Source of the DNA: an uncultured Methanosarcinales archaeon
GTDB taxonomy: Archaea > Nanobdellota > Nanobdellia > Woesearchaeales > GW2011-AR9
Length of the DNA: 49,519 nt
Direction: 5' to 3'
Assembly: GCA_964434885.1 (NCBI GenBank)
Contig: CAYSWQ010000004.1
Coordinates: 5,702 to 55,220, forward strand
Positions 25,408-35,503 of the stretch are shown here, piece after piece. The position numbers and the translations under genes are program-made. Within the stretch, counting starts at the first letter, position 1; each line of letters begins with the position of its first letter. Below the pieces are notes generated by a model. That model searched no databases, had not been told where the DNA came from, and saw nothing but the letters and a program-made list of their open reading frames with translations.

Positions 25408-26740
25408 ATTTTGACCTCAAAAAATCTAATTTCGGTAAATTGCAACCAATATCGGGACGATATTCTAATCCTGAGCTAGTGATTTTTTCTACTCCATTAT
25501 ACGCAGCAGCAATAGCTTCCTCTTGAGTTTTACCTTGGCCAGTAATGTTTAAGACTCGAGAACCTTTGACGAGGTAATTTTCTCCGTCAAAAGTGGTGCC
25601 AGCGATATTAACTATTGCACCAGTTTTACGAGCCGCTTCAATTCCCTGAATTAATTTACCTTGACTAGCACTATAATCTCCAGGATAACCTTTTGCAGCC
25701 AGTACCACAGTAGCAAAATGATCTGTGTGCATTTCTAAATCCCAAGCAACATTAGCTCCAGAAGCCAAGTAACATAATGCTTCTCCCAAATCTGATTTGA
25801 TTCGCGGAACAATAACTTGGGTTTCTGGATCACCGAAACGCATATTATATTCTAAAACTGAAGGGTTACCTTGAGAGTCAAAAATGAGACCAATATATAA
25901 CACTCCACGATCAATTGGGCCGCCAATTTCTTCTGCTCCCCAAATAGTTGGTTTAATTATTTTTTCATCAATCTTTCGCATAAGTGATTGAGGTAAATCA
26001 ACAGTAACTGCCCCCATTCCTCCAGTATTTAAGCCAGTATCTCCTTCTCCAGCTCTTTTATAATCTTGAGAACAAGAAAGTATTTTGTAGTTAACAGAAT
26101 TTTGAACCAATACTGTTAAAGATACTTCTGGTCCAGCAACAAATTCTTCGACAACAAAACCAGTTTTATCTCCCCCATAGATAAATAAATCAGTTAAGGC
26201 TGTGCCAAATTCATTTAAGTCATTAGTTATTTTAACTCCTTTCCCTCCTGCTAAACCAGGATATTTTACTACTAGTTTTTCAACACCAGATTTAAATTGG
26301 CTTTGTCCAAAATCAATTGCTTTACTTCGATTAACTTGAAAACTACCACTGTCAAAAATTTTAAAATCGGGTTGAGGAATTTGGTAGGCTTTCCGAAATT
26401 GAGAAGCAAAAGCTTTATCTCCTTCTAATCGAGCAGCAGCTTGGCTAACTCCAGCAAATTTCAACCCATTCATTCGAACATGATCTCCTAAACCTTGAAC
26501 CAAATCTGTTTCTGAACCACCCACAACTAAACGAACTTGTTTTTCGATTAAATGATCAATAAATTCTTGGGGATGAGGATAAGAAGGAGTTACTTCCATT
26601 CTTTCAGCATATTCTCTTGTACCTCCATTACCTGGAGCTACAAAGACTCGATCAAAATCATTACTTTGACTTAAGGTTCTGGCGATTTCAGCTTCTCGAC
26701 CTCCACTGCCAACCACACATACATTCTGTTCTTCTTCCAT
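25400..26740 (-). CDS. purD: Phosphoribosylamine-glycine ligase
   Basis: GSGGRE, APGNGG, GLAGGKGV, QDYKR, NTGGMGA, EYNMRFGDPETQ; start at ATG 26740. Confidence 0.97.
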   Translation of the reverse strand: MEEEQNVCVVGSGGREAEIARTLSQSNDFDRVFVAPGNGGTREYAERMEVTPSYPHPQEFIDHLIEKQVRLVVGGSETDLVQGLGDHVRMNGLKFAGVSQAAARLEGDKAFASQFRKAYQIPQPDFKIFDSGSFQVNRSKAIDFGQSQFKSGVEKLVVKYPGLAGGKGVKITNDLNEFGTALTDLFIYGGDKTGFVVEEFVAGPEVSLTVLVQNSVNYKILSCSQDYKRAGEGDTGLNTGGMGAVTVDLPQSLMRKIDEKIIKPTIWGAEEIGGPIDRGVLYIGLIFDSQGNPSVLEYNMRFGDPETQVIVPRIKSDLGEALCYLASGANVAWDLEMHTDHFATVVLAAKGYPGDYSASQGKLIQGIEAARKTGAIVNIAGTTFDGENYLVKGSRVLNITGQGKTQEEAIAAAYNGVEKITSSGLEYRPDIGCNLPKLDFLRSKYG

Positions 26741-26759
26741 TGTTTTCACCTGTATTTAA

Positions 26760-28256
26760 TCATTTACCAGTATAATAAATATCTTGGCCTTTTGAGTCTT
26801 TAATACCTATAAGTTCAACTCCTGTTTTTCCTCCTTTGGCTTTTTCCAAAGTGCTGACTTTTCTTGCTTCCAACCCATATTGGTTAATGAATTGAATTGC
26901 CCTTTCTGGTTTTGAGGTAGTGATAAACCCATCAGTTCCCATTGGCCATTTTTGATAAGCATCTTCTGGTCTAGTAAATGTAAAACCACTTATTGCTAAT
27001 TCTCTCCAATCTGGTTGGAAAAGACTTTCTCCATCTATGGCTGCAAAAAGATTGTGTTTGGCTAAAGGGCGTGCTAATTTTCCATTATAAGATCCCCCAC
27101 TCAAATGATACACACTAGTAGCTAAATCTCCCTCAATTAAATCCCTAAATAAAGGGTACATTATTGTAGAAGGAGTAGCCAAATATTCTAAAAATAATTT
27201 TCCTACTGTTGTTTGATGCCAATTTTCTCCGAATACTTTAACCATAATTTTTCTTTTATCTGTAATCCCATTGGACCTAGGATTTGGTTTTCCTCTTATT
27301 GCTACAATCTCTTCTCCGACATTAGGTCGTAAAGGATTTCTTAATCTTTCTTCGTCAATAACACTAACTACCGACCCACTAAGATTATAGGTAGCAGCAT
27401 CTTCTGAGTAACCACATAATCTATCTCCTATTTTTTCAATTTGCCGAATACACAATACACTATACCTTTCCCCTAAATCTTCTGCATGATTTGATAATTG
27501 AGTAAAAGGAATGTCTCCTTTTATTTCAATAACTTCGGAATCTACTTTAATAATTGCTCCAACTTTGTTAGCATCATCCCATCTCATTGCCATTGAATCT
27601 TCTGAACTAAGAGAGTATTCACTTGCTCTTTCATAAAATTCTGTTTTTGTTCCAATCCCATCAGAATTAATAAAAATAGCTTTTCCTTGAGGATCAAAAA
27701 CAGCATAATTTACTCCTTGTTTAACATTAATAAAACCTTCAGCTAAATTTGGGTTGTACTCCACTTCTTCTTGTATTAAATGGTTGGTTTTTTCAACCAT
27801 ACTAATCATTGTTCCAGAGAGATTTGCTTCACAATTAACTCTAGCACCAAGAATCGCATTTTCTCCGTTTAAGATAGCGAGACTATGTCTATTTGCTGCA
27901 CTAACTAAAGAATGAGCTATTGTTTCCAACATTTTTTTATCTCCTTTATTGGAATCAATAACATTAGCGAAACCAATTGGAGTAACACCTAATGTTTTTG
28001 CCTGTCCCATCAACCTACTAACTAATGACTGAGCACAATCAGATAAATCTTCTTTAGTAGGATCTCCCCCACAAGAATGAACCACACACATATAGTCTTC
28101 TGGAATTCTAAGCACTGCTAACCCATTCATTCCTTGTTCAAGAACATCAACATATTGTGAATTTTTAAGTGTTGGAGAACATAATTTAGCTAATAACTCA
28201 GAACCTTCATCACCTAATGTGATTACTTCTTCTAAATACTTATCTATTCTTGACAT
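26760..28256 (-). CDS. purM: AIR synthetase with duplicated N-terminal domain
   Basis: NSDGIGTK, DSMAMRWDD, LNGENA, RSNGIT, HLSGG; ~500 aa versus ~340 aa for typical PurM. Confidence 0.85.
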   Translation of the reverse strand: MSRIDKYLEEVITLGDEGSELLAKLCSPTLKNSQYVDVLEQGMNGLAVLRIPEDYMCVVHSCGGDPTKEDLSDCAQSLVSRLMGQAKTLGVTPIGFANVIDSNKGDKKMLETIAHSLVSAANRHSLAILNGENAILGARVNCEANLSGTMISMVEKTNHLIQEEVEYNPNLAEGFINVKQGVNYAVFDPQGKAIFINSDGIGTKTEFYERASEYSLSSEDSMAMRWDDANKVGAIIKVDSEVIEIKGDIPFTQLSNHAEDLGERYSVLCIRQIEKIGDRLCGYSEDAATYNLSGSVVSVIDEERLRNPLRPNVGEEIVAIRGKPNPRSNGITDKRKIMVKVFGENWHQTTVGKLFLEYLATPSTIMYPLFRDLIEGDLATSVYHLSGGSYNGKLARPLAKHNLFAAIDGESLFQPDWRELAISGFTFTRPEDAYQKWPMGTDGFITTSKPERAIQFINQYGLEARKVSTLEKAKGGKTGVELIGIKDSKGQDIYYTGK

Positions 28257-28257
28257 T

Positions 28258-29094
28258 TTATTCACCTCGAATTAAATTTTCATAAACATAATTAACACCA
28301 TTTCTGAAGATTTGTAAACCTGCTCCTTCTTCAGGTAATTTTTTTCCTTGTCTTTTTAATTCTGATTTACGTCTAGTCCAACCATCTTGACCATAAGCAG
28401 AAATAGCTCTTTCTGGATGGGGCATCATCAATAAAACTTGTTCAGAAGCTAAACCAGCGATGTCTTCTACGGAGCCATTTGGGTTAATTGGATATTCTTC
28501 ATTAGCAGGTGTGCCATCTGAGTGAACATATTTTAGAGCAACTAATCCTTGTTGCTGGATCTTTTCTAAATTATCTGGAGTTGTTTGAAAATTGCCTTCT
28601 CCATGACCAACAGGAATATTTGGCAGAATTTTGCCTTCCAGACCTTGGAGCCAATGAGATTTTCCGCTAACGACTTGTAAATGGATGTTACCTCGGTCTT
28701 CATAGCGAGCAGAATCATTGAAAGAATAAGCTACTTCCGGAGCATCAAAAATATTTCCAGTAACCGGAATTAAATTGAGAAAGGTGCTGATTTGATTACC
28801 ATTACAAACACCAAAAATTAATTTTCCCTGATCCAGATGTGAATTGAGGGCGGCTCGCAAGCCAGAGTGGTAAATAATTTTTTTAGCGAAAATGTTACCA
28901 GCCCCACAATCATCACCAAAAGAAAAACCACCAGGAAAACCCAAAATATGATACTGTCTTAAGTCTTCTGGTTGATGCAATAATTCGTTCAGGTGAACCC
29001 TTTCTGCTTGAGCTCCGGCTAGTTGAAAGGCTGATTGTAATTCACGATCACAATTGATTCCATACCCAGTGAGAATAGCAGCTTTAACTGTCAT
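28258..29094 (-). CDS. purQ: FGAM synthase glutaminase subunit
   Basis: GYGINCDRE, PGGFSFGD, GVCNG, HGEG, MMPHPER. Confidence 0.96.
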   Translation of the reverse strand: MTVKAAILTGYGINCDRELQSAFQLAGAQAERVHLNELLHQPEDLRQYHILGFPGGFSFGDDCGAGNIFAKKIIYHSGLRAALNSHLDQGKLIFGVCNGNQISTFLNLIPVTGNIFDAPEVAYSFNDSARYEDRGNIHLQVVSGKSHWLQGLEGKILPNIPVGHGEGNFQTTPDNLEKIQQQGLVALKYVHSDGTPANEEYPINPNGSVEDIAGLASEQVLLMMPHPERAISAYGQDGWTRRKSELKRQGKKLPEEGAGLQIFRNGVNYVYENLIRGE

Positions 29095-32000
29095 TTTGAC
29101 CTCGATACAATTTGTTTCTAAACGTAGATTGCCAGCTTTCCTTGAAAGCCAAATTAGAATCTTGGATTACGGTTTTATGTGCATCGTGAAAAATAATTTT
29201 TTCTTGGGTAACAGTACCAATAGCAGCAGCGTACTGGCCTAAGGTGTTTTCAAATTGTGCTTGATTTTCGGGGGCAATAGTTACAATAAACCGAGAAGCT
29301 GAACCAGAGTAAAGTAATTTGGTTTCTAAATGAGGGTCTTGAGGATCAAGGTTATGAGGAATCTGATCAAGATTTATTTGAGCTCCTAATTCTCCGGCAA
29401 AGGCAGCTTGAGTGAGAGCAATCGCTAAACCATCAGTAGAACACACTTTGACTGATTCTACCGACTCTTCATTAATAGCTTGGTGTAAAGAACGATAAAC
29501 TTCCATTGATGGTTCTGAACTGACAACAGGAACATTAACACCTGTTTCATTTAAAGCAGCATAAAGTTCGGAACCACCCAATTCATCTTTAGTTTCTAAA
29601 CCGACCAAGTAAATTAAATCTCCGGGTTGTTTGAAATCAGCAGTTACTGCTTTTTTGACATCGGGAACGGTAGCAATAGTGGCGAATTGTAAGGTAGGGG
29701 GCCCATAAATTTGATGAACCTGGCCCTGTTTGTCTTTATGTTTGCCTTGGGTTTTCATGCTATCTTTACCAGAAATTGTGGCTACCCCGGTAGCTAAGGC
29801 AAAATCATGTTGAGCCATGGCGGCCCGAACTAGTTGAGCTAATTTATACTCGTGATCGGGACTTTCATCTGGCAAAACTCCGGGCCAACAATAATTGCCA
29901 TTATTAGCAGCCAAATCTGGATTACCACCTACAGCCACAACTCTCATTAAACCCTCATTAGCGGAATACTGGGACATATGATAAGTATCAATTTTGCTTA
30001 ACGCTGGTTTTAATCCGACTCCAACCGCAACTCCAACATCGGAAGCAAATTCAACTCGTTGGACTGCGGCATCAGTAGGGACATCACTATTGGTGCCGAT
30101 GAAGGCGGGAATAATGGTTCTCCCTTGCACCCGAGTATCGTATTCTCTTTGTAAGAATTCTTTGCTAGCAATATTTTCTTTTTGGAACATCTGATGTAAT
30201 AATAAGGTGTGGTCTACTGAGCCAAGTTTTTGTTCTAAAGAAGGTTCGGTTAATCCTCTCTCAGCAGGAGTTTGCCAAACCGCTCTTAATTTTTGTTGAG
30301 GTACGCCGTGGTGGAGAAATTCCATTTCTAAATAATTGACCGTTTCTCCTTGATTGCGAACATGAAAATAACCAGTGTCTTGGAATTCGCCAATATCTCT
30401 TAATTCCACATTCCATTTTTTAGCCAATTCTTGAGTTCGTTTTAATTTATCTGGAATAATGGCAAAGAACATTATTTCTTGAGATTCGGAGGTCATGATT
30501 TCCCACGGAGCAAGACCTTCATATTTGTAAAGATTTTTTTCTTGATCAATGATGGCACCATTGCTGTATTCAGCCATTTCTCCAGCAGCAGAACCAGTTC
30601 CTCCTGCCCCACTATCTTGAGAGAACGCAATCAAATCTTCTTTTAAACAATCTAAAACGAATTCTTGTAAATTCTTTTGAGTATAAGGATCACCAATCTG
30701 GACGTGGCCAGAAGGTGTATGTTCACTATATTCTTCTGAAGAAGCAGTAGCTCCATGAATGCCATCTTTACCTACTAACCCACCACCCACGATAATGTGG
30801 TCTCCAGAATTAACAGTCTTTTCATAACCAGGTTGATTACCAATTGATTTAGGAATTAATCCAGCTGCCCCAACATAAACTAAACATTTACCCATATAAT
30901 CGGGATCAAAATTAGTTGTTCCAATAATTGCTGGAACTCCGTGTTTGTTGCTCCCATCTCTGACCCCCCAATGGATGCCAGTTAATAATTGATCTGGATG
31001 TAAAGGTGGTCTTAAATCACCATCATAAAAAATTGAACCAGTGCAATAGCTCCATACTCCAAAAGTGAGTTGAGAACCCTTGCCCGTTCCCATTGGATCA
31101 CGATAAACTCCAACTATGCCAGTGATAGCTCCACCATAAGGTTCTAAATTAGAAGGACTATTATGAGTTTCACATTTAAAACAAAGATAATTTTCTAAAC
31201 TAGGGTGAAGATCAACTACACCAGAATTATCCCAAAGAACAGATTTAATAAAATGGGGTTTTTGTTTTTTGATAGTTAAAGTTGGTTGTTTGATGAAACG
31301 AGAAAAAATACCTTCTTCAATTCTTTGCTCAATTCCATGTTCTCCAACATAAGTAATATCGGCATTGAAAATCTTATGTTTACAGTGTTCAGACCAAGTT
31401 TGAGCCAAGAGTTCTAATTCAACATCTGTGGCTTTTTCACTTAATCCTACTTCTTTTCGAGCAGTAATAACTCTTGGTTGTTGAAAGTATTGTTTAATTG
31501 TTTGTAATTCTTTTAAATTCAAAGCTAAACTGCGTTCGTGACTTAATGATAAAAGTTCTGTGTCAGAAAATTGACTTAAATCATAATGTTGAACTGGTTC
31601 AGGCGAAGGAACTTGAACGGTGGGAAGATAATGGTCTCGGTTTGCTGTCCATTCTTCTGCAGTCCAGATTTGAGAATTTTGAATTGTATCATTAGCAAAT
31701 AAGTTAGCAATTTTTTTTAGTTGAACAGGAGTAAGGGGTTGTTCGCTCTTAATCAATTTTAATTCTTGAAAAGCAACTTTTCTTTCGAGAGAGAAATCTC
31801 TACCAAAAATGGTGCTAGCTAAAATTTTAGCAGAACGACCAATTGGATCCATAACTCCTGGTTTATAGCCTATTCTGATTACGTGATCAAAATCACCAGG
31901 AAAACTATCATTTATAGTGGCTCTTTGATTGACTGGCTGAATTAACTCTTGAGCAAACAACTTTGTTCCTTCTATAGTCGTGCCCAAGTCTAATGTGTAA

Positions 32001-32125
32001 ATTAAACGATGTTCTACGTCTACATCTAAACCAAAAGTATCTAATATTCTCTGGGAATCAACATGGCCTTGGCCATCAAAATTTCCAGGTTTAAGAGCAA
32101 CCTCAATACTCTGAATAATAAACAC
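29084..32125 (-). CDS. purL: FGAM synthase synthetase subunit with fused N-terminal PurS-like region
   Basis: QTWSEHCKHKIF, ETHNSPS, GKDGIHGA, DSGAGG, SESQE, SGKDSM; start uncertain (GTG 32125 or ATT 32116). Confidence 0.96.
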   Translation of the reverse strand: MFIIQSIEVALKPGNFDGQGHVDSQRILDTFGLDVDVEHRLIYTLDLGTTIEGTKLFAQELIQPVNQRATINDSFPGDFDHVIRIGYKPGVMDPIGRSAKILASTIFGRDFSLERKVAFQELKLIKSEQPLTPVQLKKIANLFANDTIQNSQIWTAEEWTANRDHYLPTVQVPSPEPVQHYDLSQFSDTELLSLSHERSLALNLKELQTIKQYFQQPRVITARKEVGLSEKATDVELELLAQTWSEHCKHKIFNADITYVGEHGIEQRIEEGIFSRFIKQPTLTIKKQKPHFIKSVLWDNSGVVDLHPSLENYLCFKCETHNSPSNLEPYGGAITGIVGVYRDPMGTGKGSQLTFGVWSYCTGSIFYDGDLRPPLHPDQLLTGIHWGVRDGSNKHGVPAIIGTTNFDPDYMGKCLVYVGAAGLIPKSIGNQPGYEKTVNSGDHIIVGGGLVGKDGIHGATASSEEYSEHTPSGHVQIGDPYTQKNLQEFVLDCLKEDLIAFSQDSGAGGTGSAAGEMAEYSNGAIIDQEKNLYKYEGLAPWEIMTSESQEIMFFAIIPDKLKRTQELAKKWNVELRDIGEFQDTGYFHVRNQGETVNYLEMEFLHHGVPQQKLRAVWQTPAERGLTEPSLEQKLGSVDHTLLLHQMFQKENIASKEFLQREYDTRVQGRTIIPAFIGTNSDVPTDAAVQRVEFASDVGVAVGVGLKPALSKIDTYHMSQYSANEGLMRVVAVGGNPDLAANNGNYCWPGVLPDESPDHEYKLAQLVRAAMAQHDFALATGVATISGKDSMKTQGKHKDKQGQVHQIYGPPTLQFATIATVPDVKKAVTADFKQPGDLIYLVGLETKDELGGSELYAALNETGVNVPVVSSEPSMEVYRSLHQAINEESVESVKVCSTDGLAIALTQAAFAGELGAQINLDQIPHNLDPQDPHLETKLLYSGSASRFIVTIAPENQAQFENTLGQYAAAIGTVTQEKIIFHDAHKTVIQDSNLAFKESWQSTFRNKLYRGQNDS

Positions 32126-32159
32126 CTCTTTCTTTTCTTGTTACAAAAATTAACCCCAT
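32103..32159 (-). other. Candidate 18-codon upstream ORF (MGLIFVTRKERGVYYSEY) overlapping the purL start out of frame
   Basis: GAGGGG 5 nt before ATG 32159; TGA at 32105-32103. Confidence 0.35.
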
Positions 32160-32199
32160 ATATTCCCCTCAAAAATATATTAAAAAAGAGTTGAAAATA

Positions 32200-32215
32200 T
32201 CTTATAAGCATTGTT
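32200..32215 (-). promoter_or_regulatory. TATA-like promoter of the purine cluster
   Basis: CTTATAAG at 32208-32201 in the ppsA-purL intergenic region. Confidence 0.5.
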
Positions 32216-32262
32216 GTAGTATGGTGTGTATATTATAAGATAATAAAATAAAAAGAAATGTT

Positions 32263-34614
32263 CTAGTAGTTAGTTTTTTCTGCTAATTCTTCTCTTTCAG
32301 CATCCAAGAGTAACTTTTTCTCTGTTCGAGCAACTACTTTTCTAATCTCTGCCACTGCATCTCCATTTGCAGAAATTGAATCAATCCCTTGATGAACTAA
32401 GAAATCTGCCATTTCTGGTTTAGATCCTGCTTGTCCACAAATACTAGTTTTGACTTTATATTTTTTACAAACACTGATTACTTTCGCCATCTCTCCAAGC
32501 ACAGCGGGGTGCATTTCATCAAATAAACTAGCAATTTTTCCATTGTTTCGATCAATACCTAAAGTTAGTTGAGTTAAATCATTAGTACCAAAAGAAACAA
32601 AATCAATGCCTTCTTTGCAAAGATCTTCGATTACCCAACAAGAAGCAGGAGTTTCAATCATCACACCAAAATCAACATCTTTACATGGCTCCAACCCAAC
32701 TTCTCTCATGATAACCTTGGCTTTTTTGACTTCTTCAGTTCTAATAACAAAAGGCAACATGATTCCAATATTAGTTAAACCTTCTTCGTGTAATTTTTTA
32801 ATTGCTAGAAATTCAGCTTTCAAGATTCTAGGTTCATCCAATAATCTTCTAATGGCGTGCCAGCCAATCATTGGGTCAGATTCTTCAGGTTCTTTATCTC
32901 CTCCCTTAAGATTTCGATATTCGTCAGTCCTAATATCTGAATTTCTTACCCACACTGGTTTGCCTTTGAAAGCAGAAGCAATTTTTCTTAAACCAGTAAC
33001 AAGAAGTTCAGTATATTCAGCATCTTTATTTTCTCGAATGAATTCAGCAGGATGTATTTCTCCGGCAGCAATAATAAATTCTAACCTCACCAATCCTACT
33101 CCATCTGGTTTATGTGTTTCGGCAACTTCTGCCGCTTTATCAGGTAAATCTAAAATTACTTTGACTTCGGTAGCAGTAACTGGAATTGATTCTCCAGTTG
33201 CTTGAGGTGGAGCAATAGGTTTACATTTAGGAGCTTCCATCTTACCTTCATACACAATTCCTCGGGAAGCATGAACAGTGATTATTTGTCCATCTTTTAA
33301 TAGTTCAGTTGCGTGTTCAGTTCCAACAATACAAGGAATGCCCATTTCTCTGCTGACAATAGCAGCATGACAAGTCATTCCTCCTTCATTAGTTACAATT
33401 GCTCCTGCTTTAATCATAGCTGGGACCATATCGGGATTAGTCATTTTAGTAACTAAAATATCGCCTTTCTCAATCTTCTTTAATTCAGAAAAATTAGCAA
33501 TTACTTTTACTGGACCAGAATAAACTCCGGCAGAAGCAGTTTCTCCTTTCAATAGTATTTTACCCTCTTCTTCCTTAATTCCTGGTCTTTCTGTTTGAGT
33601 GGTTTCTGCTTTTTTCTCTTCTTGGGGGGGTTTGTAAGTAGTTACTGCTCGAGATTGAACAATCAAGATTTCTCCTTTCTCAATCGCCCATTCAATATCT
33701 TGTGGTTGACCATAATGTTTTTCAATTTTCTGTCCTAAGCGAGCAATTTCTTTAATCTCTTTTTCATCACAAACTTGTTTTTCTTGTCGATCATCACGAA
33801 TCTTTCTTTTTTCGTTTTCTCCTTGTTCATTACGAAACATCCCTTTTTCTTTTTTCTTCACTTCAATTTTTTTGATGCTACGATCTTTTTTATCAACAAG
33901 ATAAAAATCAGGTGAAACTTCTCCAGAAACAATCATCTCTCCTAAACCATAAACTGCTTCAATAACTATTTCGTTGGGGTGGTTGTTAGCAGGATTAATA
34001 GTAAACATTACTCCAGATTTTTCAGAGTTAACCATCTTTTGTACTACTACGGCAATCAAAACTTTTTCGTGTGGGAAATTGTTTTTCTCTCGATAATAAA
34101 TTGCTCGAGCAGTGAATAAACTAGCCCAGCAAGCGCGGACTGCCTTAACGATGTCTTCCGGTCCTCTAACATTGAGATAAGTAGCTTGTTGTCCAGCAAA
34201 ACTAGCTTCTGGAAGATCTTCAGCAGTAGCAGAACTTCTTACCGCAACAAATGCTGCTTTGGAATCAATTAAATCTTCAGCTTCTCCTTTTTCAACACTT
34301 AAAGCTTCATAACTTTCTAGAATTGATTCTTTGATATTACCTGGAACTTGAGTATCAATAATTAATTGTTGAATGGCTTTGGCAGATTGTTGTAGTTTTT
34401 CTGTTTCTTCAATATTTAAACCTTTTAAAAAACTAAAAATTCTATCTTTGATTCCAGTAGTGTTAACAAATTCATCGTAAGCTTGTGCAGTAACTATAAA
34501 CCCAGTGGGTACTGGCAAACCAATTTTTGTCATGATGCCAAGGTTAGTACCTTTGCCTCCAGCTACTCCCAATGAATTTTCATCTAATTCTTTAAACCAA
34601 GCAATATGTTTCAT
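32263..34614 (-). CDS. ppsA: Phosphoenolpyruvate synthase
   Basis: GGKGTNLG, AVRSSATAED, SFAGQ, GGMTCHAAIVSRE (phospho-His), SFGTNDLTQ, ICGQ; start at ATG 34614 after GGTGA. Confidence 0.97.
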   Translation of the reverse strand: MKHIAWFKELDENSLGVAGGKGTNLGIMTKIGLPVPTGFIVTAQAYDEFVNTTGIKDRIFSFLKGLNIEETEKLQQSAKAIQQLIIDTQVPGNIKESILESYEALSVEKGEAEDLIDSKAAFVAVRSSATAEDLPEASFAGQQATYLNVRGPEDIVKAVRACWASLFTARAIYYREKNNFPHEKVLIAVVVQKMVNSEKSGVMFTINPANNHPNEIVIEAVYGLGEMIVSGEVSPDFYLVDKKDRSIKKIEVKKKEKGMFRNEQGENEKRKIRDDRQEKQVCDEKEIKEIARLGQKIEKHYGQPQDIEWAIEKGEILIVQSRAVTTYKPPQEEKKAETTQTERPGIKEEEGKILLKGETASAGVYSGPVKVIANFSELKKIEKGDILVTKMTNPDMVPAMIKAGAIVTNEGGMTCHAAIVSREMGIPCIVGTEHATELLKDGQIITVHASRGIVYEGKMEAPKCKPIAPPQATGESIPVTATEVKVILDLPDKAAEVAETHKPDGVGLVRLEFIIAAGEIHPAEFIRENKDAEYTELLVTGLRKIASAFKGKPVWVRNSDIRTDEYRNLKGGDKEPEESDPMIGWHAIRRLLDEPRILKAEFLAIKKLHEEGLTNIGIMLPFVIRTEEVKKAKVIMREVGLEPCKDVDFGVMIETPASCWVIEDLCKEGIDFVSFGTNDLTQLTLGIDRNNGKIASLFDEMHPAVLGEMAKVISVCKKYKVKTSICGQAGSKPEMADFLVHQGIDSISANGDAVAEIRKVVARTEKKLLLDAEREELAEKTNY

Positions 34615-34677
34615 CTGAATCACCTTTTTTGATTGTAATAGTTAGTTAGAAAAGATTAGTTTATTTAAAGTTTTAGT

Positions 34678-34920
34678 TCAATGATGCTTCTGAAAATATA
34701 AAACCAGTAAGAAGATAATGATTACTGAAACTAAACCTAATAATACAGAAGTGAGCCAACCAAAACCAGAAGCAGTAGTTGTAGTTGTACCAAAAGCAGC
34801 ACCTACTGGGGGACTAGTTAATTTAGTAGAGTACCGAGCAAAAAAAGTTATAGTTGCTCCAAAAAGTAAAGGTAAAATAAACGTTCCTTTTTTGGCGTTT
34901 TTTAGTTTCTTCCAACCCAT
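34678..34920 (-). CDS. Small membrane protein with two hydrophobic segments
   Basis: Basic N-terminus ending KKG followed by a hydrophobic stretch, C-terminal TM segment; TATA ~20 nt upstream. Confidence 0.65.
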   Translation of the reverse strand: MGWKKLKNAKKGTFILPLLFGATITFFARYSTKLTSPPVGAAFGTTTTTASGFGWLTSVLLGLVSVIIIFLLVLYFQKHH

Positions 34921-34957
34921 AAGAAAACTATTTTTGCGAGGTTTATAAGTTTTTCTT

Positions 34958-35503
34958 TTAAGTCAAGAGGAATTCCTCGAGAATTGAATATTTAGGTCCT
35001 TCTGGTGTCAACACACTTTCATAAAGAATTACTTTGTTAACTTCTGTTTCCCCTACTTCTACTTCTTTGTTTTGTTGTAAGAATTCCAATAATCTTTCTT
35101 TGTCTTTTACAAATTTTACTCGAGCTAAAGTAAGGTGTGTAGTGAATTCAAAATCTTGAGGAAATTGTTTTCCTAGTTTTTCTTCTACTTTTTGAAATAA
35201 AGATTTCGCTTGTTGGTCTTCTTCAACTCCTAACCAGATAACTTTAACATATTGTGAGTTGGGGAAAACGCCGATTTTTTTTATATTGATGGAAAACTTA
35301 TTTCCAAAATCAATGGTTTTGAGAAGTTCTTTTATTTCTTCAATTTTATTTTCTTCTACATCACCTAAGAATTTTAAAGTAAAATGAAAATTGTCTGAAG
35401 AAACTAAATTGATTCCTTCAAATTGAGAAAGTTCTTGTTGTAATTCAAGACACTTTCCTTTAATCTCTTCAGAAAGAGGAATTCCTAAAAAAATTCTTTT
35501 CAT
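34958..35503 (-). CDS. thpR: RNA 2',3'-cyclic phosphodiesterase (2H family)
   Basis: HFTLKFLG and HLTLAR motifs; ESVLTPEGPKY. Confidence 0.93.
   Translation of the reverse strand: MKRIFLGIPLSEEIKGKCLELQQELSQFEGINLVSSDNFHFTLKFLGDVEENKIEEIKELLKTIDFGNKFSINIKKIGVFPNSQYVKVIWLGVEEDQQAKSLFQKVEEKLGKQFPQDFEFTTHLTLARVKFVKDKERLLEFLQQNKEVEVGETEVNKVILYESVLTPEGPKYSILEEFLLT

Noticed and set aside
13899-32260. Purine cluster as a bounded mobile element
   Set aside because: No integrase, transposase, tRNA target or flanking direct repeats seen.
16784-34623. GTG starts given by the ORF track for guaB, purC, purE, purD, purM and ppsA
   Set aside because: The GTG is part of the GGTGA SD; an in-frame ATG follows three codons later.
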